Both the position numbers and the translations under genes were made by a program. A stretch of 63,715 nt of DNA, the filler included, from Reticulomyxa filosa (taxonomy: Eukaryota > Protista > Foraminifera): NCBI GenBank assembly GCA_000512085.1. It is 16 parts of 16 records of this genome, joined end to end, with 100 filler letters (N's around TTAATTAATTAA, not from the genome) between each part and the next. Parts side by side here need not be neighbours in the genome. Positions count along the whole stretch, not along the records: positions 1 to 7,581 come from ASPP01003868.1; positions 7,682 to 9,806 come from ASPP01000474.1; positions 9,907 to 10,940 come from ASPP01021128.1; 13 more parts are not named here. The stretch is one strand, 5' to 3'. Within the stretch, counting starts at the first letter, position 1, and the number at the start of each line of letters is the position of its first letter. The notes under the pieces were generated by a model that saw nothing but the letters and a program-made list of their open reading frames with translations, searched no databases and was not told the origin of the DNA. This document shows, piece by piece, positions 1 to 11,040 of this stretch.

Positions 1-690
1 GATTATCCATGGAGAAAATCAATTATCATAGCAAAACACTGTAGTTACGGTTTTATTAAAAAATGTATGCAATGGCAGAATTTCCATCAAAGAAAAGTAA
101 TTTTAGAGAACAACAATACCATTTACTCTTCTCTTCAATACTTTTTATAATTTTTCTGTAAAATTTTTGAATAACACCTTTAGTTTTACTTTGGAGAATT
201 TTTTTTTGGAAATTCTAAGAAAATTCGCACCACATTTATAAGAGCAGTATCTATCTGGGAAAGTATATCATCAATCTTCCCAAGGAATGACATTCGACAC
301 TTGTTGTGAGAGAATTAGAAGCTTTGAAAAATTATGGTCAAAAGCGCATACTTAGAAACGCTCAAAAAAAGTTTTTAATATTAATATTAATGGGTTATCT
401 GGCACTTTGGCTTTTTATTAAATGGATCTAAATGATACTAAACTACAAAAATTAGATACTCTTTTTGCCTTCTTCATTTAAAAGGCTCAATGTGTGAATC
501 ATAAAAATGAAATTTTTATTTGTGAAAGTTATAATAATGGCAATTTTTATTCATAATATTATTAATTTTATTTTGTGTGTCGGCTAATATTTTTGACACC
601 TCCCTTTGTTGTTCTAAAAAAAAAGTTCAAACATTTCCATTTCACATCATTGAAGACAATATCAAGCGAAAACACAAAAAAAGTCAAAGG

Positions 691-2111
691 ATGACAACTC
701 TTGAAAATGAAGAACAAATTTCAACACAACTGGTATTTGTAAGCTTTCTTTCGCACTTTCAGAAGGTTAATTGTCTTTAGATTTTTATATTTGCCATTCA
801 TTATATGTGATTTACAGCTGAAGAAATCAAAAGAAGAAGAAATCGAAATAATTATTCAATATTGGCTTCGAACATTAAAGATTAAATTAGGATGGATCTA
901 TGACTTTGACAAACTTGTTGTCAATTACGTTATGTTTTTCTATTAATCTGTTTTCATTCAAATGACGATCAAGATGTTTAAGCATTTATTTATAGTTATT
1001 ATTTTTCATAATTATAACTGACATAGACTGCAAGAGTTTTCATATTTGATACATTTCGTTCATCATCGAAATTACTTAAAACACTCAATGGACACAAGAT
1101 GAGATTGTATAGTATTGACTATTCAACATTTGATGATAGCCAATTCATTTGTTCTGGAGCAGCTGATAATACAGTTCGTGTATGGAATATTGAGACCAAC
1201 AACCAAATTCAATTATGCAATGAACATTCAGCTTGGGTGTATTGTGTTAAATTTTCATCATATTATTACCACACTAATCATCGCAATGTCATTTGTTCTT
1301 CATCAAATAACAAAAATATTCGCTTTTGGGATTTCAAACATAATCAGCAATTGCAAGCATTTAATGGACACACTGATGGTGTTTGTGGTATTGAATTTTC
1401 ATCATTTCATGGTGGTAGATATTTGTGTTCTGGGTCTCGTGACAATACTATTTGTTTATGGGATGTTGAAACATCAAATCATTACATGTTTTCAATGGAC
1501 ATACAGGTACCGTTTGGTGTGTTGATATTTCACCATTGCAAAATAATAACAACTATGGTGATAAAAGTAATAGCATTGGTGTGATTGGTGGAAATGGATA
1601 TACAATTTGTTCTGGATCATTTGATAAAACCATTTGTTTATGGGATATTGAAACAACAAAACAATTGAATGTATTCAAAGCACATAAACATTTTGTGAAG
1701 AGTGTAAAATATGGATCAAATGAATTGTTAAATACAATATTATCTGGAGCAAATGATAAAAGCGTTCGTTTATGGGATATTCGATCTAGCCAAGAAATCC
1801 AAGTATTCAATGGACATAAAGACTGGGTGTATACTGTTGAATATTCACCATTTGTAATAAAGAATAGCAGTGAAGTTGTTGGTGGTAGTTCAAATGTGAT
1901 ATGTTCTGGGTCAAGGGATAATACAATCCGTTTTTGGGATATTCGATCAAATAAAAATGAATTGCATGTGATCAATGGAGATAAAGAAGATGATGGAATA
2001 TATTGCCTTACATTTCTACAATTACAAGAGAGCAAAAAAAGCAATGACTATCGTGGCTATGATATTAATTTGTGTTATGGTTCAAGTAGTCAAATTCGTA
2101 TTTGGGGATAG
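691..2111 (+). CDS. Box-WD40 repeat protein (3 exons: 691-~738, 818-928, 1027-2111), one apparent -1 frameshift near 1477
   Basis: Exon 1 MTTLENEEQISTQL, exon 2 box EEEIEIIIQYWLRTLKIKLGWIYDFDKLVVNY, exon 3 has GH...WD repeats split over ORFs 1099-1584 and 1536-2111. ACATCAAATC lacks one A relative to the paralog at ~49570 (ACATCAAAATC). GT-AG introns are phase 0. Confidence 0.85.
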
Positions 2112-2551
2112 CGTTTAGTAATAAAGATTTTTTTTGAGTGATTTGAGTGAATTAAATGAGAAAGTTTAGCACTAGTTAACAAGCATTTCTATCGATTTGC
2201 AATTGCTCAAATAGTTGTCACAAACAAATGAAATAATGTAATTTTAAAATGTACTTTCGATTACACACATAAAAAAGATATTTTAATTAAAAGCAAAACG
2301 TGAAGTAAAACGCATCAAACAATAAAAAGACACTTTTTTGTATTTTTTGTTGGAGTTTTTTAAAAAGGCTTATAAACACTATATCAATTGCGTTTAATAA
2401 CAAAGCTGTGATTAAATTTTTTTTGGATAGTTTTTCGCAATATACACACTAGTAAAGTTCATTTTAAAATCTTTGTTTGCTATTCAATATGGGAAAAAGA
2501 TTCGTTTTTTATTTAAATTTGTATCTTAATGTAAAATTTATTTATTTTCCA

Positions 2552-4677
2552 TCATCTCCAAATATGAATTTTACAATCTGTAGAACATGATACAATTGTA
2601 CTTCCATCTTGAGAAATATCCACACACCTCACAGAATGAGGTCCTTTCAATTTTTGTATCTTCCTTCCTGATTTTACACTCCACAATTGGATTGTACCAT
2701 CACTTGAGCACGATACAATTGTCTTACCGTCTGGAAAATATTTTACATCATTTACATGATTTGAATGTCCTTCCAATACTTTCCATTCTGTTTCTGTTTC
2801 AATGTCCCATATTCGAATTGTATTATCTAATGGACAGAATGCAATAAATCGTCCATCTGGAGAAAATTTTGCACGTACTATACGATTAGCATGTTCTTTA
2901 TATTGTTTCAACATTTTACCAGATTCTACATTCCACAGACAAATTGTCTTATCATTTGATGATGATACAATCATTTTACCATCTGGTGAAAATTGTATAC
3001 TTAATACAGCCTTTGAATGTCCTAATAACTGTTTAATTTCTATTCCAGAATGTATATCCCATAATCGTATTGTATTATCTTGTGAACCTGATACAATATA
3101 TTTTCCATCTGGAGAAAAGTCTACATCATAAACTATATTAGAATCTTTTTTGATTTTCTTTATTTCATTTCCTGTATTAATATCCCATAATCGAATTGTT
3201 TCATCTCTTGAGCATGAAACGACAGTATATCCATCTGGTGAAAATCTTACAGAAAAGACTTGATCTGTATGTCCTCTAAAAATGTGAAGTTGTTTTCCCG
3301 ATATAGCGTTCCATATTTGAATAGTGTGATCATATGATGCTGAAGCAACTTTGCGACCATCTGCAGAAAATCTTACACTGTTTACTATACTGTAATGTCC
3401 TTGTAAAACTTTTACTAATTCAAAACCTCCCACCTATTTTAAAATTGTAAATTATATATAATAGTCATTATATGTAAAAAAAAAAAAAAAAAAGGCATTA
3501 TATAACATATTTGATAATAATTTTGTTAAGATCATTGGCCCATCCTACTTTTATCTTTAAAACTCGAATCCCATGTTGAATAGCAAGTTTTATTTCTTTT
3601 TTTGACTATGATGTTTATTAATTGATTGTATAAAATAAAAATATATTTGTGCATTTAATTACAAAAATAGTTGAAAAGAAGCGTACCAACTGTGGGTAAT
3701 CAAGCCATTCATCTACTTTTGTTTTCATATGCACTGATACTGGGATACGTTGATCATTACTTCCTCCAATGATATGTATATAATTACTAACTTCGTTTAA
3801 TACCACAAAACAATCATTCATTGGAATACGCAAAGTATCTTCAAATGTAGTCCATGTTTTTTTTCTTATCGAATATTTGTACACTAAATCCGAAACAACT
3901 TCATAACCATCCCATCCACCAAAGAATAAGATGGCATCATTGGTACGTACATATGCATAATGATATAATTTTGCAATATCATCACAAACAGGTAATTGAT
4001 CATATTGAAAAAAACCTCTATCTTCATCATATTCAATTGATAATCCTGTATGTCTACAAAACAATATTAGTTTGTTATTTTCTTTATTTTCTGGACTTAA
4101 TACAAAGCAATGATAATAAATATTATTATCAGTTGGTAAAGTGTAATTTTCAATCAATTCAAATGTACTTAGATCAAATACACTAATATTATTATAGTGA
4201 GTGATAAATAACAAATGATTGTCGCTTCCACCAATCACTGCACGCGCTCCAAAATAATTTTCAGAGTAACTTCCAATATCAATTGGACGATTGTTATTAT
4301 CTATGAAAGGAATCATTGATTGTAATTGTTTAATTTTTTTGGTTTTTTTGATTTATTGTTATTACTCCAAACACTTGTATATTCCATTATCAATGTGTGG
4401 TTATATAATCCACCAAAAGACAACAAAGTGATCTTATTTTTATATTTGTTATTATGTACAAGTTTTACTACACAGTGTCCATATAATCCAACGTCATTTG
4501 GATACAACAAATAAACTTATATTTGTTTTTGAGTGTATGATAAGAATAACAATCTCTTTGAAGATAACCTCCACAAATAAGAATTTCGTTTTTGTGCAGC
4601 ACACATTGAGATTGAGAAAGTGGTGTGGGCAAATCTTTTAAATTTTGAAAGAGAGTTGTTGTGTTTTGATTACCCAT
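2552..4677 (-). pseudogene. Kelch-box-WD40 fusion gene; Kelch exon disrupted by frameshifts near 4505 and 4316
   Basis: Kelch GG/Y/W motifs (ILICGG, LSFGG, VIGG, FFGGW, HIIGG) in ORFs 4677-4468, 4510-4313 and 4316-3618. Box exon 3605-3507 (SKKEIKLAIQHGIRVLKIKVGWANDLNKIIIKY). Intact 7-blade FSPDG-type WD40 exon 3433-2552. Confidence 0.8.
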
Positions 4678-4784
4678 GTACTTTTCCTTTGGGTCCGTCT
4701 GGTAGCGTTAAAATAATTTTAATGTGAGCAAATTCCCTTTTTACTTTATCAAATAATATATATATATATTATCTCTCTTTGCAA

Positions 4785-6006
4785 ATGCGTTCTAGGTTAA
4801 GATTTCAGAGTTTATTCGTCCAATCACCAAAAAATTTATTTGGATTATTTTTTGTTTCAAGTGTACCCTTTTTGCGACAGTCTGACAACAACCGCTTGTC
4901 GAATGAGCAAAAACAATTACAAAAGCAAATTGCAGAAAAAATAAAACAAATACTCAAAGTATACAAAGATGAAAAAGATCAAAAGTTAATGCTTGCCGCA
5001 ACACTTAGTTGTCGTTTCCGTGAAATGGACAGAGTAAAAATCAACAAAAGCGTATTGAACGATCCTTTTAGTGAAGCTATCATACATACACTTCGGGAAG
5101 CTGCAAGTGATAATCCCAAGATTATCTTCTCTCGGAGCAATGTGCAAGGTCAAGCATTCTACCTGCCATTCGACATCGAACGCTTTCGGCCGATGCTAAT
5201 GGATGAAATCGTGGTAGAATGGATCGAGAAGCATTCTGCGACTCAATCTAACCTACACATTGTCGAATTGGGTGCAGGATTGGATTTTCGTGAAGAAAGA
5301 ATTATATTAAATAATATCAAAAAAATTGACAAACAATGGACTGAAACCACAAAGGATGCAATTACAAACATGTGCAAGACCATATGTGTCCATGCAGTGG
5401 ACGTAGCTGCTGTAATGATTTTGAGAGAGAGTTTTCAGCCTCTGGTACATTCGATTTGTGAACAACATCCTTTATGGAAGTGTAGCTATAACCTTCGAAC
5501 AACGCATATCGGTCACGATCTTCTTGACCCCCAAACTTTGGAGTTGTTGATGAATAATATCATGCTCCTAGATCAACAGTCGAACCGTATCCAAGATCAT
5601 AGATCAGAGCACGATTTTAGTCATGTCCTGTTTGTTGCTGAGGCATTATTTTGTCACTTAAATTGTGACAAAGTTTAAAATGACTCTTGTTTTTTTTGTT
5701 TTTTGTTTATAAACGTATACAAGATATTTACAAACGTCGTGATGTAAATATATTTGTATATGCAATACGCACACAAAGGCAAAGGATTTCGTTGAAAAAT
5801 TGGCAGAGAGATTTCCTGGAGCATCTCTCATAACTGACGATAACAGATTGCTAAAGCAAGACTTGAAGCACGTTCAAGTAGTAAAAATGTTGTTGATCTA
5901 TGATGACAAAAGAGTGCAACGGCATTTATCCCTTTGGTTTAAATTGTTGTTTGCAAATATCTTTCGAAAATTGTATCGAGTTTATTTGATGCAGTTCACA
6001 TCATAA
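4785..6006 (+). CDS. SAM-dependent methyltransferase, LCM/TcmP-like family (2 exons, intron ~5673-5778)
   Basis: TLxxR...DPFS, RxxxxD, motif I IVELGAGLDFR and LFVAEALFCHL, spliced to AKDFVEKLAERFPGASLITD. Confidence 0.75.
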
Positions 6007-6399
6007 ATACGTTTACTTTTTTTTTTTTTTTTTGAGAAATATTCTTCAATCGAATGCACTATAGTAAATTGCTTATATCATTGTCCAAAGTGCAAGATAA
6101 TTTTTTTAAAAAATACTGATTTGTGCTTTCACCTTGCACCAGTTTATTCATCTGAATCTTCGTATTATTATTATTATTATTATATTCAAAATTGTCATGT
6201 TCTCCTTGTGTTGCTCTGGAACCATTGACGGTCCTTTGTAGCAAATAAGAGACAATTCCTTGTTCCGAGTGGATCTCAAACCGTGGACATAATTGAATGT
6301 CTGACGCAATCAGAAAGGTTATCTTTCTCTGCAATTGTGCCAGATTTTTTTATTTGATCATTTGTATCACAATTCGCTTATCATATAAGTGAAAATGGC

Positions 6400-6540
6400 T
6401 AAATTCTTTAATCACCTTCGGCAGCAATTAATTTGGCTGTCATATCTGATTTGAATATTTGTTGTTGGAACATTTTCTCTTCGGTAGATCCAGCGCTCAA
6501 TAAACTGTAAATAAACACTGGTTTAAACTGTCCGCACTCT
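6400..6540 (-). pseudogene. Fragment of SNF2/RAD54-family helicase C-terminal region
   Basis: Manual translation GQFKPVFIYSLLSAGSTEEKMFQQQIFK matches the SNF2 post-motif-VI consensus GQxKxVxIYRLxxxGTxEEKIxQRQxxK. Confidence 0.7.
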
Positions 6541-6662
6541 GTGTAAATAGTTTTGATTGTTCAACATTGGTGTGGGCAATTCATTGTTCTAGGTCAAATG
6601 ATAAAACAGTTCGTGTATGGGATATTGAAACAACGAAACAATTGATTGTATTCAAGGGGTAA
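6541..6662 (+). pseudogene. Isolated single WD40 repeat fragment
   Basis: VNSFDCST...SNDKTVRVWDIETTKQLIVFKG*, same family as 1099-2111. Confidence 0.7.
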
Positions 6663-7305
6663 TGCAAAAGTTTCTAAAGATTGGAAGACTACAAAAAAAG
6701 GGGTCAAGTCTTACCACCAATAACATTTATTTCATAGAAGATAAGCAGTTTCTGCAAAAAAGTAAAATTGTACCAATGAACATAAAATAAAAATTAAATT
6801 TAAAAAGGACATAATCTATAGATACTTGTGCTTCTTTATCAAAGATGAATTAGAACATGGCCATCCTGACGTTGTGATTGAGGTAATTTGTAATGGATTA
6901 TAATGAAAAGTTAAATATGATAAAATAAAGAAACCTGACAAATGAAATGACGTATTTGATTTATTCTATATTTCCAAATGATCTAAACTAATAGTCAATT
7001 ATTCTTTATTCAAATAATCACTTATCTATTGTTTAGTTTTTGCTATTTATTAGTTAACAAAATTCAAGTCTTTTCTGTAATAGAGGGAGCACTTCGGAAA
7101 TGCAGAATGCGCAATAGTCTGTGATTACTTTAAAATCATTTATTAAAAAATCTTGTACACTATAATCAACATTTCAATTTTTTAATTTTCAAAATTAGGT
7201 CACTTCAAAAACTTTGGATCTTTTTTTAATTTAAAAGGAGGACTTTTTTATATCCAACCCCTTTTAAAAAATCTAAACTACATCATAGTTCCTCAACATT
7301 AACAC

Positions 7306-7581
7306 ATGAGCAACCAAACTTTTCAAACTTTGAAAAAGTTGCCCATTCCACTTCAGCATGCCCAATGTGTGCTACACAAACACGAACTCCTCATTTGTGG
7401 AGGTGACGAACAAAGAGCTTGTTATTCTTATCATATACTCAAAAACGAATACAAGCTTATTTGTCAGTATATAAGTCATATTCAATTAGGTGGACACTGT
7501 GTAGTGAAATTGGTAGATAACAAAAATCAAGTCACTTTATTGTCTTTTGGTGGATCTCCATATTTAAAAAGACATACATTG
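7306..7581 (+). CDS. Kelch-repeat protein N-terminus (truncated by contig end)
   Basis: FQTLKKLPIPL...ELLICGG...CYSYH...GHCVVKL...LLSFGG, paralogous to the Kelch starts at 4677 and 35815. Confidence 0.8.
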
Positions 7582-7681
7582 NNNNNNNNNNNNNNNNNNN
7601 NNNNNNNNNNNNNNNNNNNNNNNNNTTAATTAATTAANNNNNNNNNNNNNNNNNNNNNNNNNNNNNNNNNNNNNNNNNNNN
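7582..7681. other. Artificial contig spacer N44-TTAATTAATTAA-N44. Identical spacers start at 9807, 10941, 14468, 24522, 37436, 39811, 41104, 46678, 47899, 49671, 53393, 57342, 60503 and 62280
   Basis: Identical 100-bp structure 15 times. The core puts stop codons in all six frames. Confidence 0.99.
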
Positions 7682-8018
7682 TATTCGATCTGGTGAACAA
7701 ATTCAAGTGTTCAATGGACACACAAGTTTTGTATTTACTGTTGAATATTCACCATTTGTAATAAAGAATAATGTTGGTAATTCAAATGTGATATGTTCTG
7801 GATCATGGGATAATACAATTCGTTTTTGGGATATTCGATTAAATAAGGAAAATTTGTATTCAATCAAAGTAGGTCGTGAAGAAAATAAAGGAATAAGATG
7901 TCTTAAATTTGTATCATTGAAAAACAAAGTAATTGATAGTGAACAAAAATTAAAAAATGATTGTGGTGTTCATTTATATTATGGCTCATATGATGGTTTA
8001 ATTCGTGTTTGGGGATGA
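7682..8018 (+). CDS. WD40 protein C-terminal part (5' truncated)
   Basis: FNGHTSFVFTVEYSPF...ICSGSWDNTIRFWDIR...YGSYDGLIRVWG*, same C-terminus as the 691-2111 gene. Confidence 0.85.
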
Positions 8019-9329
8019 AATTTTGTTTTGATTTTCATTTTTGAATTTATTCAATTTATACTTTGTGTTGTTGTTTAATTTGTTTTTGGAATTTTTGTCA
8101 TTTAAGAAAAAAAAGGTTTACAATATTTTTGTACGCTTTTAATAAGATATGTGGGAAATAATTTGCCCTAAAACGAATTTTGGTATTTAATACTTTTGAG
8201 AAGCAAGAAATGCGTATCAATTAAATTGAGAGCTACCAATGCTTGTTGTGTTGAAGTAGTTTTCCTTTAGCACTTTTTTAGGATTGAAGTAGATAATGTA
8301 AGGAAGAAAATTTGTTAAAAATTGAACTTATCACGTATATTACAAATTGCACTACATTATAAGCATATTTCACATGCGTAATAGTTCTAGATTATTGTAT
8401 TTAAACCCAAATGGACATAAGTTTTTCAAATACTAAATAAAAAAAAATTATAGTAAATTGGGTAACTCCTTCAAAGTTTGAAAGAGGTAATAAGAAATTG
8501 AATTTGTTTAGTTTGTTCAGTTTTTCTTTCAGGAGATTTTTGTGTTGTATTTTAATTGGTCATGTTGTTAATGTCGACGAAGTTTTTAAATATTTTTAAT
8601 TTTTAAAAAAGGGGATCCTTTTTGAGAAAACAGAAATTTTGGTTAAAACATATTCTTAAAAAAATAAAATGAATATCTAAACAAAGTCTACATATTCATC
8701 CTTTTCGTTTCTTTGCATTATACAATGGTTGGAGTTTTAAACGATATTCCTCACTAGTTTTTTGTTCTAAAACTTTTTGTGTAAAGTCATGTAGTGCAAG
8801 GCCCTACTAATTACAGGAGAAGTTCCATATGAATGAGGGAACCCTTTTTTTCTCAACAACCTTCACTGTCTTCTTCTTTTACTTTTCTGTTTTCTTATTT
8901 TTTTTTCATTGAGTTGTTTATCTCTTCATTATTTAACGACTTTTGTTTTCCTTTTCGAAAACATCTTTTAGCAATTACTTTCGTATTACGCTTGGTGCTG
9001 CCTCTCAATCTTCCTACAGTCATGCAACTTGTAATCTCTGCTCAGCCAACATTTTGTAAAAAAGGAATTTGGAAAAGCATTCTTATATTGCATGCTGCAC
9101 GTCAATATTTATGATTAACAAACTTTACCATTAATATTACAACAAAAGATCTTTATTTGAATCACTTGTTTGCAAAAATATACATTAGCAAACAAAACTA
9201 ATTAATATTTGGTGTTTGGAAAACATGAAATAAAAAGAAAAAATGAACAAGAAGAAAAGAAATATCATAAAAAATAATTGATTAAACAAAAATAATGAAT
9301 GAAAAATTATTATAGTTTCAATGAATATC

Positions 9330-9670
9330 AATTCTTACCTTCCTAATGCATCATCTGTAATGACTCACAATTAGTTTAAGTAAAATTCTTGTAAAGGATC
9401 AATATAATTCATTTCAAAGTCCATTCATTGATCAAAAGAACTGTCCTTACTTTACTGTCTGCCTTTCAAACTAAGAAACTTTCCTTTTTTTGAATCTATT
9501 GTTGTATTCTCTAAAAAAATCAATAACAACAATATTTTAAGTTTTTAATATTTCGTGTTCTTCAATACAGAAAGATATATATCATGAACTATTACAAAAA
9601 CAATCATGTTCGATTCTATACAAAAAACACAATAATTGAAACATCTTGCAATTCACTATGATATTTAGAA
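9330..9670 (+). repeat. Dispersed repeat X, diverged copy
   Basis: Shares GATCAATATAATTCATTTCAA...TGATCAAAAGAACT...CCTTTCAA with 48675-48988 and with the reverse complement of 44020-44410. Confidence 0.7.
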
Positions 9671-9987
9671 AAAAAAATTATTTATTGTTTTTCAATTTTT
9701 TAAACAACAAAGTAAAATAAACACATCTTTAAGTATGTACTCAATCAAATCAGACAAGTTCAATAGCACATCACTTTTCTTTTAATCAAACTTTTCAAAA
9801 AAAAAANNNNNNNNNNNNNNNNNNNNNNNNNNNNNNNNNNNNNNNNNNNNTTAATTAATTAANNNNNNNNNNNNNNNNNNNNNNNNNNNNNNNNNNNNNN
9901 NNNNNNTTTTTTCAGTCAAAATTTTTTTTTAGAAATACACTAACCTTGGAAAAAAAGGGGGGAGAGGAGGAGAAAAAGATGGGAAGG

Positions 9988-10018
<31 letters not shown>

Positions 10019-10074
10019 AAAAAAAAAAAAAAAGATAAATTTTTTGTTTTGTTTTGTCGATATTTTGATTTTGA

Positions 10075-10940
10075 TCAAAATAGTATGGGTATATCGGGAA
10101 AAGGGTTTGCGTTGCTGTTTGGATCGGTGAGGGTGGAATGGTCGTCGAAAACGTTGAGTGAGAAGGGCCGATCGAAAGCGCAAAGAGAGTTGGCCAGAGG
10201 TGCGGCGGACTGATGAGACAGCGAAGAGAGCTTGCCCCCTTGAGGGATGGAATGAACCCTCTCCTTAGGGGTCGCTCTTTCATATTGCGAAGTAGAAGAG
10301 GCAGAGGAAGAAGAAGAAGAAGAAGAAGAAGAAGAAGAAGAAGAAGGGTGTTGTTCGGTCTCGAACTTGTGGCAATGAGTCATTTGCAACGATTGCAAGT
10401 GACTCAAACTTGAGTCATGATCCAATGTACCTGAAGAGGTGGTTGTGGTTGTGGTTGTGGTCGTGGTCATAGGTCCCCGTCCAGAATGATGAGCGTCTGG
10501 ACCTGGGAATAGTGCAAACTCGTCAAACGCAGAACTGTCCTGCTGCATGGCTGAGGGATCCATGTCTTTTGCTGTCAATGCATGGCTATTGCTCGCATGA
10601 CTGCTATGGTAATGAGGAGGGTACCCTTGGTGATGGTATTGATATTGCTGATACTGATGCTGATGCTGATGTTGATGTTGATATTGATATTGTTGATCGG
10701 TCTTCATAATTGTCGATGCATCCTTTCTTCTCTTTTTATGTCTATCCGAACTCTTTTTTAGACTTGATTCGTGTCTACCTCGTGACTGTTCTAGCTTGTC
10801 CATGATTTTACTACTGCTATTGCTGCCGTCGTCGTGATTGTCGTGCATGTCTCTCTTGTGTCTTGTTGCCATTGGCATTGGCATTGGCATCACTGCTGTT
10901 GTTGTTGCTGCTGTTGTTGCTGTTGTTGCTGTTGTTGCTG
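10075..10940 (-). CDS. Low-complexity (polyQ/S/T/H) uncharacterised protein, partial
   Basis: Open frame from the contig end with CAG/CAA, ACC/ACA and (TCT)n microsatellite tracts; (GAA)n at ~10307-10345. Confidence 0.5.
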
Positions 10941-11040
10941 NNNNNNNNNNNNNNNNNNNNNNNNNNNNNNNNNNNNNNNNNNNNTTAATTAATTAANNNN
11001 NNNNNNNNNNNNNNNNNNNNNNNNNNNNNNNNNNNNNNNN

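Noticed and set aside
1115-3131. Recurrent antisense and alternate-frame ORFs (e.g. ISQKRIVLS.DPEHIT) that look like a conserved family
   Set aside because: They are shadows of the WD40 coding frame in paralogous genes.
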